From contig JACPHU010000013.1 of the NCBI GenBank assembly GCA_016188495.1, forward strand, positions 5,498 through 69,497: DNA of 64,000 bases, in the 5' to 3' direction. The notes below the pieces were generated by a model. It was not told the DNA's origin, searched no databases, and saw nothing but the letters and a program-made list of their open reading frames with translations. Of the stretch, positions 47,213-57,899 are shown piece after piece; position 1 is the first letter of the stretch; each line of letters opens with the position of its first letter. Made by a program: the position numbers and the translations under genes. The stretch is from Candidatus Uhrbacteria bacterium. Lineage in GTDB: Bacteria > Patescibacteriota > Patescibacteriia > UBA9934 > GWF2-40-263.

Positions 47213-48754
47213 ATGTCTCAATTTTTTGGAAATACATTCCGTAATAGTCTTTTATTGATGGCTGGTCTTTATCTACTTGGGTTCATTGGCTATTACACCG
47301 ATTTTTCTGCCATCATCCTCCTTTTTGTTGGAATTGCCTCTGCTATTTTTGCCTATAAAAAATTAGATCAAGCGTTGTACCTTCCTTTTATTGAACTCTT
47401 TTCTAATCCTCATGGAGCTTTAGTGGTTGTACAACTTGGGGGATTTACTCTTTCTCTGCGCATGGTTCTTTTTGTTGGAATCATGTTGGGGTGGGGGATA
47501 GGTTGGTTAAAGAAAACATATAAGCCAAATCTTCAAGACGGAAGAGCACAGATTTTTTCTTTAACAATGATCGGAGTGTTTATAGGATTTATTCTAGGCA
47601 TATTCTCTCGAAATCTGGGTGCGGTTTTTTCAGATGGAAATGCCTATTTATATTTATTTTATCTCCTGCCAATTCTTTCTGTTGAATGGAATACTCGGCA
47701 CAGACATGATTTTTTACAGATCCTCACAGCAGGGGCTTTGTGGGTTTCCTTTGTTTCCTTTGTTCTTTTATATCTCTATACACATTTTAGCGAAACGATT
47801 TTAAAAATGGTTTATGTTTTTTTTCGAGACCTACGTATCGCGGAGATCACTCCTGTGGGTATCGGTGTTTATCGCATTTTTATTCAATCGCAAGTTTTTA
47901 CGATTATTTTTGGTCTGATTCTTTTGTGTTTAGCTATTGTCCAAAAAAAGAGAAAAATTTTTATTGCTCTAGGGGCTATTGTGGTAAGTATTGTTTTGTT
48001 GGCCCTTTCGAGAAGTTTTTGGGTAGGTTTTTTCCCAGCATTCCTTTTTCTATTGATTGTTCTTTGGAAAAAGCATAAGCCTACGATCGGATCTCTTTTC
48101 CGTTTTGCTTCTCATTCCAGTTTGACTGTTTTATTAGGAGTTTTTCTTCTTGTGTCCATTGTGTTTTTTCCTATTCCTCCACAATCTCTTTCAAGTTTAT
48201 CTCTGGTTGATTCTTTTAAAGATCGAACAACGGATTCTCAAGATGCAGGAATTTCTAGTCGGTGGAAACTCCTTACACCCATGCTCAACGAAATCGTGAG
48301 TAATCCGTTTCTTGGTCATGGATTTGGAAAATCTGTGACGTTTGAGACGGATGACCCTCGCGTACGAGCGATTAATCCCGATGGCGTGTGGACAACGACC
48401 TCTATGGAATGGGGTTGGTTTGAGTTATGGATCAAAATGGGAATTTTGGGACCTGTTGGTTTTCTTTATCTAGGCTATCAATTAGCCAAACGCCTTTGGG
48501 TTTATACTTCCACACCGCAAGCATGGTTAGGGTATGGGTTGATTGCAGGACTTATCTTTATCTTTGGAACTCACTTTTTTTCACCCTATTTAAATCATCC
48601 CATCGGCTTAGGGTATTTGTTATTTTTGATTCCATTTTTATCTGTAGAAAAAAAGGTTTTAGATTCCGTTGTTCTCTCTAACGAAGGACTTTTTTTAACC
48701 AATCAAGTTCCTCATACGATTGTTGTGACCCAAGCTCAGTCTCGTGTCGATTGA
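47213..48754 (+). CDS. O-antigen ligase/Wzy-like membrane protein
   Basis: Multi-TM; LSRSFW, SSRW, PFLGHGFG and ELWIKMGILG. Confidence 0.8.
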   Translation: MSQFFGNTFRNSLLLMAGLYLLGFIGYYTDFSAIILLFVGIASAIFAYKKLDQALYLPFIELFSNPHGALVVVQLGGFTLSLRMVLFVGIMLGWGIGWLKKTYKPNLQDGRAQIFSLTMIGVFIGFILGIFSRNLGAVFSDGNAYLYLFYLLPILSVEWNTRHRHDFLQILTAGALWVSFVSFVLLYLYTHFSETILKMVYVFFRDLRIAEITPVGIGVYRIFIQSQVFTIIFGLILLCLAIVQKKRKIFIALGAIVVSIVLLALSRSFWVGFFPAFLFLLIVLWKKHKPTIGSLFRFASHSSLTVLLGVFLLVSIVFFPIPPQSLSSLSLVDSFKDRTTDSQDAGISSRWKLLTPMLNEIVSNPFLGHGFGKSVTFETDDPRVRAINPDGVWTTTSMEWGWFELWIKMGILGPVGFLYLGYQLAKRLWVYTSTPQAWLGYGLIAGLIFIFGTHFFSPYLNHPIGLGYLLFLIPFLSVEKKVLDSVVLSNEGLFLTNQVPHTIVVTQAQSRVD

Positions 48755-48779
48755 CCATTGCTTCAAATATAGGTATACT
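48751..48779 (+). promoter_or_regulatory. Sigma70-like promoter
   Basis: TTGACC-17nt-TATACT. Confidence 0.55.
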
Positions 48780-48861
48780 CGACTTCCATGCTGGATATTT
48801 CGCAAAGTAAAGTAAAAATATTCAGTATTTCTTTTTGTAACAGATTGACAGAAAGGATGGC

Positions 48862-49560
48862 ATGAATCGTCGTTATCGTTCTTTGGTGATCGCGCACCGA
48901 GAAGCTCTCGGTGATTGGTTCAAAATGGCATCGGATCTGGCGCATATTTTGGATCACGAGGTTACACAGGTCAAACGAGTGGGAAATCAGTGGGTGGGGC
49001 CGCTTCCTCAACGATTTCGGGCATTCACAAAGCTTCATAGAATTTTTTTGAATGCCAAGATCGATTCACCCTTAACTCCTGAGGACGGATTTTCGACCCT
49101 GGTCTCTCTTCACATCAATCTTCCTCCTCAGCACAATCTCAGTGCGCCGACCCACCGATTGACAAAAGTGGTGATTGTCGATGATGCCCCTGACGAGCTT
49201 ATCGATTCGGCATTGGTGCTGATCGGGGTGCCTAACATCCAGTTAGGATTTTTCCACTACGACTACTACAACAACCTGCGCAAAACACCGAATCAGTCGC
49301 TGGAAGAGAAACTTCAAATCTTGGCCACAAGAATTCTTTCCCACGATCCGGACGTCATTCTCATGGATCATTCTTTGGGAGATATTGAGGGACCATCCCT
49401 GGTAGAGGAAATTAAAAAACAGCTCGATCATGAGAAAGGGTTGGTTTTCATCGCCAATACAGGAGGTCATCCTCATGCTCTTCTGGAGGTTGGATGTTCA
49501 GGTAATTTTCGAAAAGGTCGTCAACCAGACGTCTTTTTTCAGACGGTAGTTAATCTGTAA
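48862..49560 (+). CDS. Hypothetical protein with a C-terminal response-regulator receiver-like domain
   Basis: VVIVDD...PDVILMDHSLGDIEG..LV..I...FIANT...K; AAGGA SD. Confidence 0.6.
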   Translation: MNRRYRSLVIAHREALGDWFKMASDLAHILDHEVTQVKRVGNQWVGPLPQRFRAFTKLHRIFLNAKIDSPLTPEDGFSTLVSLHINLPPQHNLSAPTHRLTKVVIVDDAPDELIDSALVLIGVPNIQLGFFHYDYYNNLRKTPNQSLEEKLQILATRILSHDPDVILMDHSLGDIEGPSLVEEIKKQLDHEKGLVFIANTGGHPHALLEVGCSGNFRKGRQPDVFFQTVVNL

Positions 49561-49606
49561 CCCCGTCTGTTCTCACTGCCCGCATAGATGTCTTTCTTGC
49601 GGGTTT

Positions 49607-50560
49607 TTATTTTAGTACAGCTCCTTCGATTTCTTTATATCCTTGAATAAACGCACCGCTTTCCATTTGAGGTTTTCCTTCCAATTGAAGTTCTTGTATT
49701 TCAATGGTTCCATCTAAACAATCTACCAATAGCCGATCTTTTTTAAGAGAGACGGTTCCTGGAGAAAGATCGGCTCGATAGTCGGTCGCTTGCAACTTAA
49801 GAAATTTAATGCGCACAGGAGGTTGGCCTTGAATACGTTCCCATAGACTCCAAGTTCCCGGCCAAGGATTGTAGGCACGATGTTTGCGCTCTATGTCTTC
49901 CATACGGCTTTCCCAGATAACATGTCCGTCTTCTTTATCCAATAAACGCGTCATCGTGGCTTTCGATTCGTCTTGAATAAGCGGAATGATTTCATTTTTA
50001 ATAAATCGTTTTAATGTAGAGAGAAGAAGCCTTGGGCCTATTGCATGCACTTTTTGTACAAGAGAAGCATAGGTTTCCTCCGCATCCAAAGTAATCACTT
50101 CTGAAGCAAGTAGAGGACCGGTATCGGTTCCTTCATCTAGCAACATAATCGTCACGCCTGTTTGAGGAACTCCTTGGGCAATAGCCCATTGCAGGGGACT
50201 GGGACCACGGTATTGTGGAAGGAGAGACGGATGCACGTTCAAGCATCCTTTTGATGGAATTTCCAAAATATTTTTTGGGATGATTTTTCCATAAGCCACA
50301 ACAATAAAAAGATCGGCATTTAAGGCGCGTAATTCTTTTTCGATCTCTGGATTTGTTTTGAGCGAGGAAGGCTGAAGCACGGGGATCTTTTTTTCTTCCG
50401 CTATCATTTTTACAGGAGGAGGATTCAGTTGAGCACCCCTTCCTGAAGGTTTATCTGGCTGTGTGACCACGCACGCAACCTCAATCTCAGAATCTAAAAT
50501 GAGTTCCTTTAAAAAAGGGACGGAAAAATCAGGTGTACCAAAGAAAACAATTTTAGTCAT
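49607..50560 (-). CDS. fmt: Methionyl-tRNA formyltransferase
   Basis: FGTPDF, TQPDKP.GRG and NVHPSLLP.YRG. Confidence 0.96.
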   Translation of the reverse strand: MTKIVFFGTPDFSVPFLKELILDSEIEVACVVTQPDKPSGRGAQLNPPPVKMIAEEKKIPVLQPSSLKTNPEIEKELRALNADLFIVVAYGKIIPKNILEIPSKGCLNVHPSLLPQYRGPSPLQWAIAQGVPQTGVTIMLLDEGTDTGPLLASEVITLDAEETYASLVQKVHAIGPRLLLSTLKRFIKNEIIPLIQDESKATMTRLLDKEDGHVIWESRMEDIERKHRAYNPWPGTWSLWERIQGQPPVRIKFLKLQATDYRADLSPGTVSLKKDRLLVDCLDGTIEIQELQLEGKPQMESGAFIQGYKEIEGAVLK

Positions 50561-50590
50561 AGAAAAAACCCGATGAGACGGGTTTATTTT

Positions 50591-51064
50591 TTATAAACGA
50601 GGAGGGTTGGTATAGCGGACAACTTTATCAATAAACAAGATACCTTCTAGATGGTCTGTCTCATGTTGCAACACAACAGAAAGAAGACCTTCTCCTTTTA
50701 TCAAAACGGGATTACCTCGTCGATCAAGAGCTTCTACTTCAATCTGTTTATGTCTTTGAACGATTCCATACACACCCGGAATAGAAAGACACCCTTCTTC
50801 AAAATCAATCATGGTCGGAGATCGAAACGTAATATGTGGATTGATGAGTGCCACAGATTCGTGACCGTCATCTACAATAATAATTTGCTCGTGGATTCCA
50901 ATCTGCACAGCGGCGATCCCGATCCCGTTTTCAATCTTCATGGTTTCTATAAGATCATCAATAAGCGTCTGAATACGCGCAGAAGGAATATCTTCGAGAG
51001 CCACTTTTTTTGAAGGTTTTCTCAATGTTTCATTTGGATTTTTGAGGACAGGGCGGTTGGTCAT
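50591..51064 (-). CDS. def: Peptide deformylase
   Basis: GIGIAAVQ, EGCLS and QHETDHL. Confidence 0.97.
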   Translation of the reverse strand: MTNRPVLKNPNETLRKPSKKVALEDIPSARIQTLIDDLIETMKIENGIGIAAVQIGIHEQIIIVDDGHESVALINPHITFRSPTMIDFEEGCLSIPGVYGIVQRHKQIEVEALDRRGNPVLIKGEGLLSVVLQHETDHLEGILFIDKVVRYTNPPRL

Positions 51065-51091
51065 ATTTTTGTATGAAAGAGACCAAATGTA

Positions 51092-52924
51092 TCAAGAAAA
51101 AAGGTTTGTGTCAATGATATACCGATCTGAAAGAGCTGTGAATATGGGAGAAAACAAATGAAAGGATATTTCAGGCAGTCCGCACTCAATGAATCCGTAT
51201 CCTTTTTGGTTCCATTGTAAAGAATGCAGAACGATTTCAGGAATAGCCGAAAGTTCATCTGAAAGATGTTTTAAGGCGATTTCTGCTTTACGCCGTTCAT
51301 CCTCCTTGTAAAGAATGCGGCACCAACGATAAAAAGGAGGGAGAAAATACCGTTGTCGCGCTTGGAGTTCTTCTTGGATCAGCTTAAAAGGATTTTCCAT
51401 GACCCCTGTGACCAGATCAGGACTGGCTGTTTGGATGATATACGGCGCTCGTGCTCCAAAGGCAAGCCATGCCCATTGCCAGCTTTGGCGAAAGAGTTCT
51501 TCAATGGCCGTAGGGCTGCTATCGTAAAGTGGGGCATCTACATTCAAGTGGACCACCAAACCGATCCCAGTTTTTTTAAACGGGTCAAAGACGGTTTCGT
51601 AATAGTAGGTTGTTACGAGAAGAATATCGGCTGTATCTGCGGTATAAGGATGTTCTTTATCCACGATCGTAATTTGTGCAGACGGAAAGATCGTTGAAAG
51701 TTCTTTGGCCACTCGCTCATTTCCATATCCGATAGGAATTAAATCCATGCTTGTGCAAGAAGGGCAGCGAAGAGGTTTACCTTCCTTATATCGACAGCGT
51801 GCGCATTCAAGCGTGTGAGAAAAGGCCGTGAGTGAAGTGCTACATGTAGGACACAAAAATCGATACGCACATTCACGACAACGTATTTCTTTCGATTTAC
51901 CCTTTTTGTTATAAATACACAAAACTTGCTTGCCTTGTGAAAGCGTTTGGGACATAGCCTCACTGGCGGTATAACTGACGATTTGCGCAGAAGAAGCGGC
52001 TTTTTCTTGATTGACATTTACGACAGAAATAGACGGATATAATCCCCATGTCAGGCATTCGATTTCGTGAAAGCGTGTCAGTGTTGAACAAGAGGGGCTG
52101 ACATCCAAACAAAAAAGAGTAGAGGCAAATTTTTCTTGGAATTTCCAAACAAGTTCTCTCACATCATAGCGAGGATTGCGATCATGCTGTTTATGATTTT
52201 TTTCTCCTGATTTTAATAGAAAGATTGTGGTAATACTGGAATCGATCGTGAGTAACGCGGTACGGGTTCCTAATAAGATTCCTGTAGAGGCTTTTCGAAA
52301 GGCACTCCACGCCTGATAGCGTTCATTATTGGTTTCCTCCCCGCTGATAATGTACGGCTGTTGTCCTGTGAGGTGGCAACGAAGCAGTTGGATATCTCGC
52401 AGTGTAGGAACCAGAATGAGTATTTTTTGATTCGGTTTTTGTTGGAGATACCCTAAGATGACGGCCGCCGCTCGACGAATATCTGGAGTTTGAACAAAAG
52501 CTTTTCCACGTTCGCTTAAACGGCGTACCACACGCACCACATGTTCGGCCTCTGAATTGGGAAGGGTCAGAGGTAGCCAGGATAAGGCGACTGGACTGCC
52601 TTGCCCGATACGTTTAGGAGGAAGAGGTAGAGCAGCATAAAGGAGAGAAGAAACAGATTGGGCAAGGTCTTGGGCCGTAGACTCAAAAAAAGAGAGTTCT
52701 TCCTCTCTTAAATGTACATCTTGCTGTACATCCAACAGCGTTTTTAATGTAATCCCTCTTGGGGGTTTATCTTTGACACCTCGAACGATTCCCCAGATTC
52801 GTTTGTTTCGATAGGGGATAGAGACAAGATTTCCTCGAGAGACTTTTAAAAATTCAGGAATTAAATAATCAAACGTTTTTTTGTTTCTTGGCAGACGGAT
52901 CAGCGGATACACTTCAGCAATCAT
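51092..52924 (-). CDS. priA: Primosomal protein N' (PriA), helicase motifs degenerate
   Basis: N-terminal FDY..P..V..G..V.IP domain, LGTRTA, PRYD.R, four CxxC Zn knuckles and LPPF; no GxTGSGKT. Confidence 0.8.
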   Translation of the reverse strand: MIAEVYPLIRLPRNKKTFDYLIPEFLKVSRGNLVSIPYRNKRIWGIVRGVKDKPPRGITLKTLLDVQQDVHLREEELSFFESTAQDLAQSVSSLLYAALPLPPKRIGQGSPVALSWLPLTLPNSEAEHVVRVVRRLSERGKAFVQTPDIRRAAAVILGYLQQKPNQKILILVPTLRDIQLLRCHLTGQQPYIISGEETNNERYQAWSAFRKASTGILLGTRTALLTIDSSITTIFLLKSGEKNHKQHDRNPRYDVRELVWKFQEKFASTLFCLDVSPSCSTLTRFHEIECLTWGLYPSISVVNVNQEKAASSAQIVSYTASEAMSQTLSQGKQVLCIYNKKGKSKEIRCRECAYRFLCPTCSTSLTAFSHTLECARCRYKEGKPLRCPSCTSMDLIPIGYGNERVAKELSTIFPSAQITIVDKEHPYTADTADILLVTTYYYETVFDPFKKTGIGLVVHLNVDAPLYDSSPTAIEELFRQSWQWAWLAFGARAPYIIQTASPDLVTGVMENPFKLIQEELQARQRYFLPPFYRWCRILYKEDERRKAEIALKHLSDELSAIPEIVLHSLQWNQKGYGFIECGLPEISFHLFSPIFTALSDRYIIDTNLFS

Positions 52925-52928
52925 AATG

Positions 52929-53723
52929 CTATACGGACAGATGAAATTGAACCACCAGGTATCCTACCCCAAAAGGTGCTTCATAAGAGAGAATTTCTGG
53001 ACGAATATGCTTGTGTTCAAAAATACCCAAAAGAATGAGTAACTGTTGGTAAAGACATTCTTCTGATTTTTGTACAAGTTCTTCAGGCATAGATAACAAG
53101 GACGCGATGGAATGTCCTTTGATCGCTTCAAGCAGCTTATCCGTATACTCTTGTCCTTCAGGACGAAATCCTAAGGGGGCATCAGAAGAAAGGCAGTGTG
53201 AAAGATCTCCTGAAGCAATGACCGCGATACGTTTGGTCGTATTTTCAAAAACTTCTTTGAGGACCGTGCCAAAACGGACATGATCTTTTCTAGAAAGTCT
53301 ACTGAAGGTAACGGGAACAACATGTATGCGAGGAAGATGTTGAGTCAGAAGATAGGTAGGAACGCCTGTTCCATAATCAAGAAAAACGTTTGAATCTAGG
53401 GTAAACGGAATTTGGTGTTCTTCCATGATTCGACCAATCGTGGTGGAGAGTTCCAGGTCCGTTTTAAGTGTTCTGTGAGTGGTGAGATCTCCAAAATCCT
53501 TCAAATCGATTTGATACTCGTCGTGAAGATTAAGCGAAAAAGCTTTTTCGTGTTGCGTTGCATGAGAAGAAAGGATCACGAGCGTATCAGGCGAAGAGGC
53601 ATACAACTCTTGGGCAAGGTGCGTCAGTGTTTGGACGGTTGTTTTTAATTTATCCGTATTTTCTTTTCCCACGCTAGGAATCAGTAAGGGTGTGTGTGGG
53701 GTAATGGCAGCAAAACAAATCAT
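52929..53723 (-). CDS. LigB/Memo-like class III extradiol-dioxygenase-fold protein (AmmeMemoRadiSam-associated type)
   Basis: PHTPLLIP, PDT.V..SSH, IASGDLSH and SYEAPFGVGY. Confidence 0.75.
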   Translation of the reverse strand: MICFAAITPHTPLLIPSVGKENTDKLKTTVQTLTHLAQELYASSPDTLVILSSHATQHEKAFSLNLHDEYQIDLKDFGDLTTHRTLKTDLELSTTIGRIMEEHQIPFTLDSNVFLDYGTGVPTYLLTQHLPRIHVVPVTFSRLSRKDHVRFGTVLKEVFENTTKRIAVIASGDLSHCLSSDAPLGFRPEGQEYTDKLLEAIKGHSIASLLSMPEELVQKSEECLYQQLLILLGIFEHKHIRPEILSYEAPFGVGYLVVQFHLSV

Positions 53724-53726
53724 AGG

Positions 53727-55148
53727 TTAACGTGAAGCAATAATGATCTCTTGCGCATCATCTTGAGGTTCTGTTTCCAAAAGAAGAAGATCTCCCAAAG
53801 GATGCTCTAAGACGGCACGTTCTGTTGTCCAGACAACCTGACTCCAATCCCATCCAAAACTATTGAAGGTCAATTCATTGGCGATAGGATGCCTTACCCC
53901 CTCAGAGATGACAAAAATATCACGCGAACCTTGTGCGGCAATAAGGGTTCCATCTTGGAAACGAACAGGTTCTGCACGTTCAAATGCCTCCAACTCTTCT
54001 GGAGCTACAACGGTTATTGAGTCATGAGGGAAACGGTTTTTTAATATTTCACGTGAAAGAATCGGATATTTTTTTCCATCCTTCACCGAGAAGACTCCTC
54101 CTGTAGATTTGTCTTGAAGCAAGACTCCTGCAGGATTTGCAGAAGAAACAGTCAACGGTTCACCTTCTGTATAAGGAACCAGATCCTCCCATGTCACATC
54201 CGTGATTTCTTCTGAGGAAAATCCAAGAGACCTGAGAGCTTGCTGTGAGGCAAACCCCCGTCTTGTGTCGTCTACAATCAGATAGACGGTTCCTCCTGGA
54301 GATCGCAGTAGAGAATAATTTGGAAAGCTAATCGCAAGCCCTATCGGATATTTTTCAAGCGTAGAAGGACTCACAGAAATAACCGTTTCAGGATTGAACC
54401 TCGAATAAAACGCTGTACGCGAGGTAATCGGTCTGCGTGTATTGTGTTGAATCAACCAGATACCTCCCGTTTCTTTGTCTTGAAGAAGACTGCCTGTTAA
54501 ATAATCGTAGTTAAACCAGCGGTTCCAAATACGGGCGAAATTTTCATTTCCATGAAGATGGGGAGTGTAGGTATAAAGAGAAGCGGTCGCATTGTTAGCC
54601 GGAATAACCGTTGTTCCGTCGATGATAGACTCAATTCCTGGACCTATTCCTGTTTGGGTGTAACCTCTTGATTCGAGATCGGATAAATAAGAATCGCGAA
54701 TACGTTGTCCGGCATAATATAATTGATTTCCAAAACCTTTGTATTTTTGAATGATAGGATCTGATTTGGAACAGCTATCGCATACGGCATAGCCCATCGC
54801 CCAATCGAGTTGATTTTGGGTTGGATCAGGATCTTCGACCAGACTTTGTTCACGCTGAAGAAGAACCAAGAGGAAACGTGGACTTAATTCAAATGTCTGA
54901 GACACATCCCAAATGATTTTTGCGGCACTTTGTTCAATTCCGTCTTTGTCTGTTGTGCTATAAGAAGCGAGGCTTCCGCGAGTTAAAAAGCCTTGTATGT
55001 CCTCAAGTGACATACTCGAAACATCCAACATTTCTGTATCTGAAATAAGATATTCCGGATCCACAGCAAAATTTTCCATTGCGTAAGCTGTTGCCACGGG
55101 TTCTCCCGCAAAAATAAACAAAAAGAAAATAAAAAACAGTCGTTTCAT
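53727..55148 (-). CDS. Secreted protein with a putative cell-wall-hydrolase-like N-domain and four ~60-aa repeats
   Basis: Signal peptide; LLVLLQREQSL, AMGYAVCD, GFGNQ and NNATASLYTYTP; repeated GxLL....GGV/I..I....RxPI units. Confidence 0.6.
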   Translation of the reverse strand: MKRLFFIFFLFIFAGEPVATAYAMENFAVDPEYLISDTEMLDVSSMSLEDIQGFLTRGSLASYSTTDKDGIEQSAAKIIWDVSQTFELSPRFLLVLLQREQSLVEDPDPTQNQLDWAMGYAVCDSCSKSDPIIQKYKGFGNQLYYAGQRIRDSYLSDLESRGYTQTGIGPGIESIIDGTTVIPANNATASLYTYTPHLHGNENFARIWNRWFNYDYLTGSLLQDKETGGIWLIQHNTRRPITSRTAFYSRFNPETVISVSPSTLEKYPIGLAISFPNYSLLRSPGGTVYLIVDDTRRGFASQQALRSLGFSSEEITDVTWEDLVPYTEGEPLTVSSANPAGVLLQDKSTGGVFSVKDGKKYPILSREILKNRFPHDSITVVAPEELEAFERAEPVRFQDGTLIAAQGSRDIFVISEGVRHPIANELTFNSFGWDWSQVVWTTERAVLEHPLGDLLLLETEPQDDAQEIIIASR

Positions 55149-55199
55149 AGCAAGAAGATTATATCGCGATACAGCCTCTAGAGGAAGAAGTGGGTTTTT

Positions 55200-57863
55200 C
55201 TATTTTTCTTTCGTGTTCTTTTTTGTTTTTAATGTAATTTCATTGTCTTTGGTACCTATGACTACTTCCGTTTCCTCTTTAATTTCCCCAGAAACGATTT
55301 TCATGGAAAGGGGATCCAGGATCATAGATTGAATGACTCGTTTGAGAGGTCTGGCACCGTAAGATGGATCGTATCCACGAGCAGCAAGAAGTTTCTTTGC
55401 AGAGTCTGAAATTTTGAGAGTCATGTTGCGCTGGTGTTTGAGGCGTGCACTGACAAGATCGAGTTGAAGTTCAACGATCGCTTCGATTTGTGTTTCTTTA
55501 AGAGAATGGAACATGATGATGTCGTCAATACGGTTGAGAAATTCTGGGCGGAAGTGTTCTTTGAGCATTCCCATGACGTGTTCGCGTGTTTCGTCTTCTT
55601 CAGAGCGTTCCTGTTGTGTATCTTCAAAGCCCATTTCAGATTTGGTCTGGCCGCTATTGAGAATAAATTCAGATCCAATGTTGCTTGTCATGATGATGAT
55701 CGTATTTTTGAAATTCACCTTTCGGCCTTTCGCATCTGTCAGATGTCCATCATCAAGAATCTGAAGCAGAATATTGAAGGTGTCAGGATGAGCTTTTTCA
55801 ATTTCATCGAAAAGTAAAACTGAATAAGGCTTACGGCGGACCATTTCTGTCAGTTGACCTCCTTCATCATATCCAACGTATCCAGGCGGGGAACCGATGA
55901 TTTTGGAAACGGCATGTTTTTCCATGTATTCGGACATGTCTAATCGAATCAACGCAGACTCTTCATTAAACATGAACGTCGCCAGTGCGCGAGCAAGTTC
56001 TGTTTTTCCAACCCCTGTGGGTCCGAGGAAAATAAACGATCCGATAGGCCGTTTTTCTTCGCCAATACCGGCACGAGACCGACGCAGAGCGTTAGAAACG
56101 GCCGTGATTGCTTCCTCTTGACCCACGACTCGTTTGGAAAGCTCTGTTTCCATGCGGGCAAGTTTTTCCATTTCAGATTCCAGCATTTTGGAAACAGGAA
56201 TATGCGTCCATCGCGAGACCACCGTTGCGATGTCTTCTTCACCAACGACTTCTTTCAAGAGTCCTCGTTCTTTTTGAAGAGCAGATAATTCCTGTTCTGC
56301 TTTACGCAGTGCTTTTTCTTTTTCAGGAATACGGGCATAACGAATTTCTGCCACTTTTTCCAGATCTCCTCGGCGCTCCTCTACCTCAGCACTGGCACGA
56401 AGCTGGTCAACAAGCGATTTAATTTCCTGAATTTCGGTAATTTTTGTTTTTTCATTTTGCCAACGACCCTCGAGTCCTGTGGTTTGTTCGCGCAAATCAG
56501 CTATTTGTTTTTCAATTTCGGAAAGGCGCAGTTTGGATTCCTTATCATCTTCTTTTTGAAGCGCGCGCTGTTCGATTTCAAGGCGCATCAGGTCTCGTTT
56601 GAGAACATCTAACTCTTCTGGCATGGAATCGATCTGCATACGCAACATCGAACCAGCTTCATCAATGAGATCAACAGCCTTGTCAGGAAGATTTCGGTCA
56701 GTAATATAGCGATAGGATAGTTCAGAGGCGGCAACAATGGCCGGGTCTGAAATTCGAACGCCGTGGTGGACTTCATATTTTTCCTTGATTCCACGCAAAA
56801 TAGCAATCGTATCTTGAACAGAAGGTTCTTCTACAATCACCGGCTGGAATCGGCGTTCCAGTGCAGGATCTTTTTCAATATACTTTTGGTATTCTTTTAA
56901 GGTTGTGGCTCCCACGGCTCGCAAATCTCCACGCGCCAGTGCTGGCTTGAGCATATTTGAGGCGTCTAACGATCCACCTTCCGTTGTCCCTGTTCCCACA
57001 AGCGTGTGGAGCTCATCAATAAAAAGAATGACTCTTCCTTGAGAAGCTTCAATTTCTTTAATAACGGCTTTAAGACGGTCTTCGAATTCGCCGCGATACT
57101 TGGTTCCAGCCACCATCGAACCCACGTCCAATGCCACCACGGATTTATTCTTTAATAGTTCCGGAACATCTCCTGAAGCAATCCGCTGGGCGAGACCTTC
57201 GATAATAGCGGTTTTTCCTACACCAGCTTCTCCGATTAACACAGGATTATTTTTTGTTCGTCGCGAAAGAACTTGCATGACCCGTCGAATTTCTGTATCT
57301 CTGCCAATAATCGGATCGAGCTTTCCGTTACGAGCCTCTTGAGTAAGGTCTTTGCCGTATTTTTCTAGAGCTTGATAGCGAGTTTCTGGTTGTGCAGAAT
57401 CCACTCGCTGGGTTCCGCGAATTTCTTTCAAGGCACTCATGGCCGTTTCCTCGTTAAGCTCGTAGCCGGCTAAAAGACGGGCAATGGCTTTGTTTCCAAG
57501 AAGTCCAAGAAATAAATGCTCTGTGGAAATAAATTCATCAGAAAAGGCTTTTGATTTTTTTTCAGCCAACGTCAAGACATTTGCCATCTGCTGGCTCATG
57601 TAAATTTGTGCGAGCCCGCCCGGCGGTATCGCAGGACCAGGCGAAGAGGGAAGGGATTCAAGAATGGAATCAACTTCTCCGCGAAGACGCGCACGATGAG
57701 GAGTGATTTTATCCACGAGAGCTCCTACCACACCATCTTCTTGCTGCAAAAGCGCCATCAGAAGATGGATCGGCTCCAACGCGTGTTGGCCGTGTTCCAC
57801 AGCAATAGCATGAGCCATTTGCAAGGCTTCTTGTGATTTATGAGTAAAGTTATTTGGCATCAT
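55200..57863 (-). CDS. clpB: Chaperone ClpB
   Basis: Two AAA modules ([16 protein letters not shown]), a long M-domain coiled coil and GSPPGYVGY. Confidence 0.96.
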   Translation of the reverse strand: MMPNNFTHKSQEALQMAHAIAVEHGQHALEPIHLLMALLQQEDGVVGALVDKITPHRARLRGEVDSILESLPSSPGPAIPPGGLAQIYMSQQMANVLTLAEKKSKAFSDEFISTEHLFLGLLGNKAIARLLAGYELNEETAMSALKEIRGTQRVDSAQPETRYQALEKYGKDLTQEARNGKLDPIIGRDTEIRRVMQVLSRRTKNNPVLIGEAGVGKTAIIEGLAQRIASGDVPELLKNKSVVALDVGSMVAGTKYRGEFEDRLKAVIKEIEASQGRVILFIDELHTLVGTGTTEGGSLDASNMLKPALARGDLRAVGATTLKEYQKYIEKDPALERRFQPVIVEEPSVQDTIAILRGIKEKYEVHHGVRISDPAIVAASELSYRYITDRNLPDKAVDLIDEAGSMLRMQIDSMPEELDVLKRDLMRLEIEQRALQKEDDKESKLRLSEIEKQIADLREQTTGLEGRWQNEKTKITEIQEIKSLVDQLRASAEVEERRGDLEKVAEIRYARIPEKEKALRKAEQELSALQKERGLLKEVVGEEDIATVVSRWTHIPVSKMLESEMEKLARMETELSKRVVGQEEAITAVSNALRRSRAGIGEEKRPIGSFIFLGPTGVGKTELARALATFMFNEESALIRLDMSEYMEKHAVSKIIGSPPGYVGYDEGGQLTEMVRRKPYSVLLFDEIEKAHPDTFNILLQILDDGHLTDAKGRKVNFKNTIIIMTSNIGSEFILNSGQTKSEMGFEDTQQERSEEDETREHVMGMLKEHFRPEFLNRIDDIIMFHSLKETQIEAIVELQLDLVSARLKHQRNMTLKISDSAKKLLAARGYDPSYGARPLKRVIQSMILDPLSMKIVSGEIKEETEVVIGTKDNEITLKTKKNTKEK

Positions 57864-57872
57864 AAATAGAAA

Positions 57873-57899
57873 TTAGCACTCTTAAGTGTAGAGTGCTAA
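57873..57899. promoter_or_regulatory. CIRCE operator (HrcA site) overlapping the clpB promoter
   Basis: Perfect TTAGCACTC-N9-GAGTGCTAA; minus-strand TTGACA(57913-57908)-17nt-TACACT(57890-57885). Confidence 0.95.
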
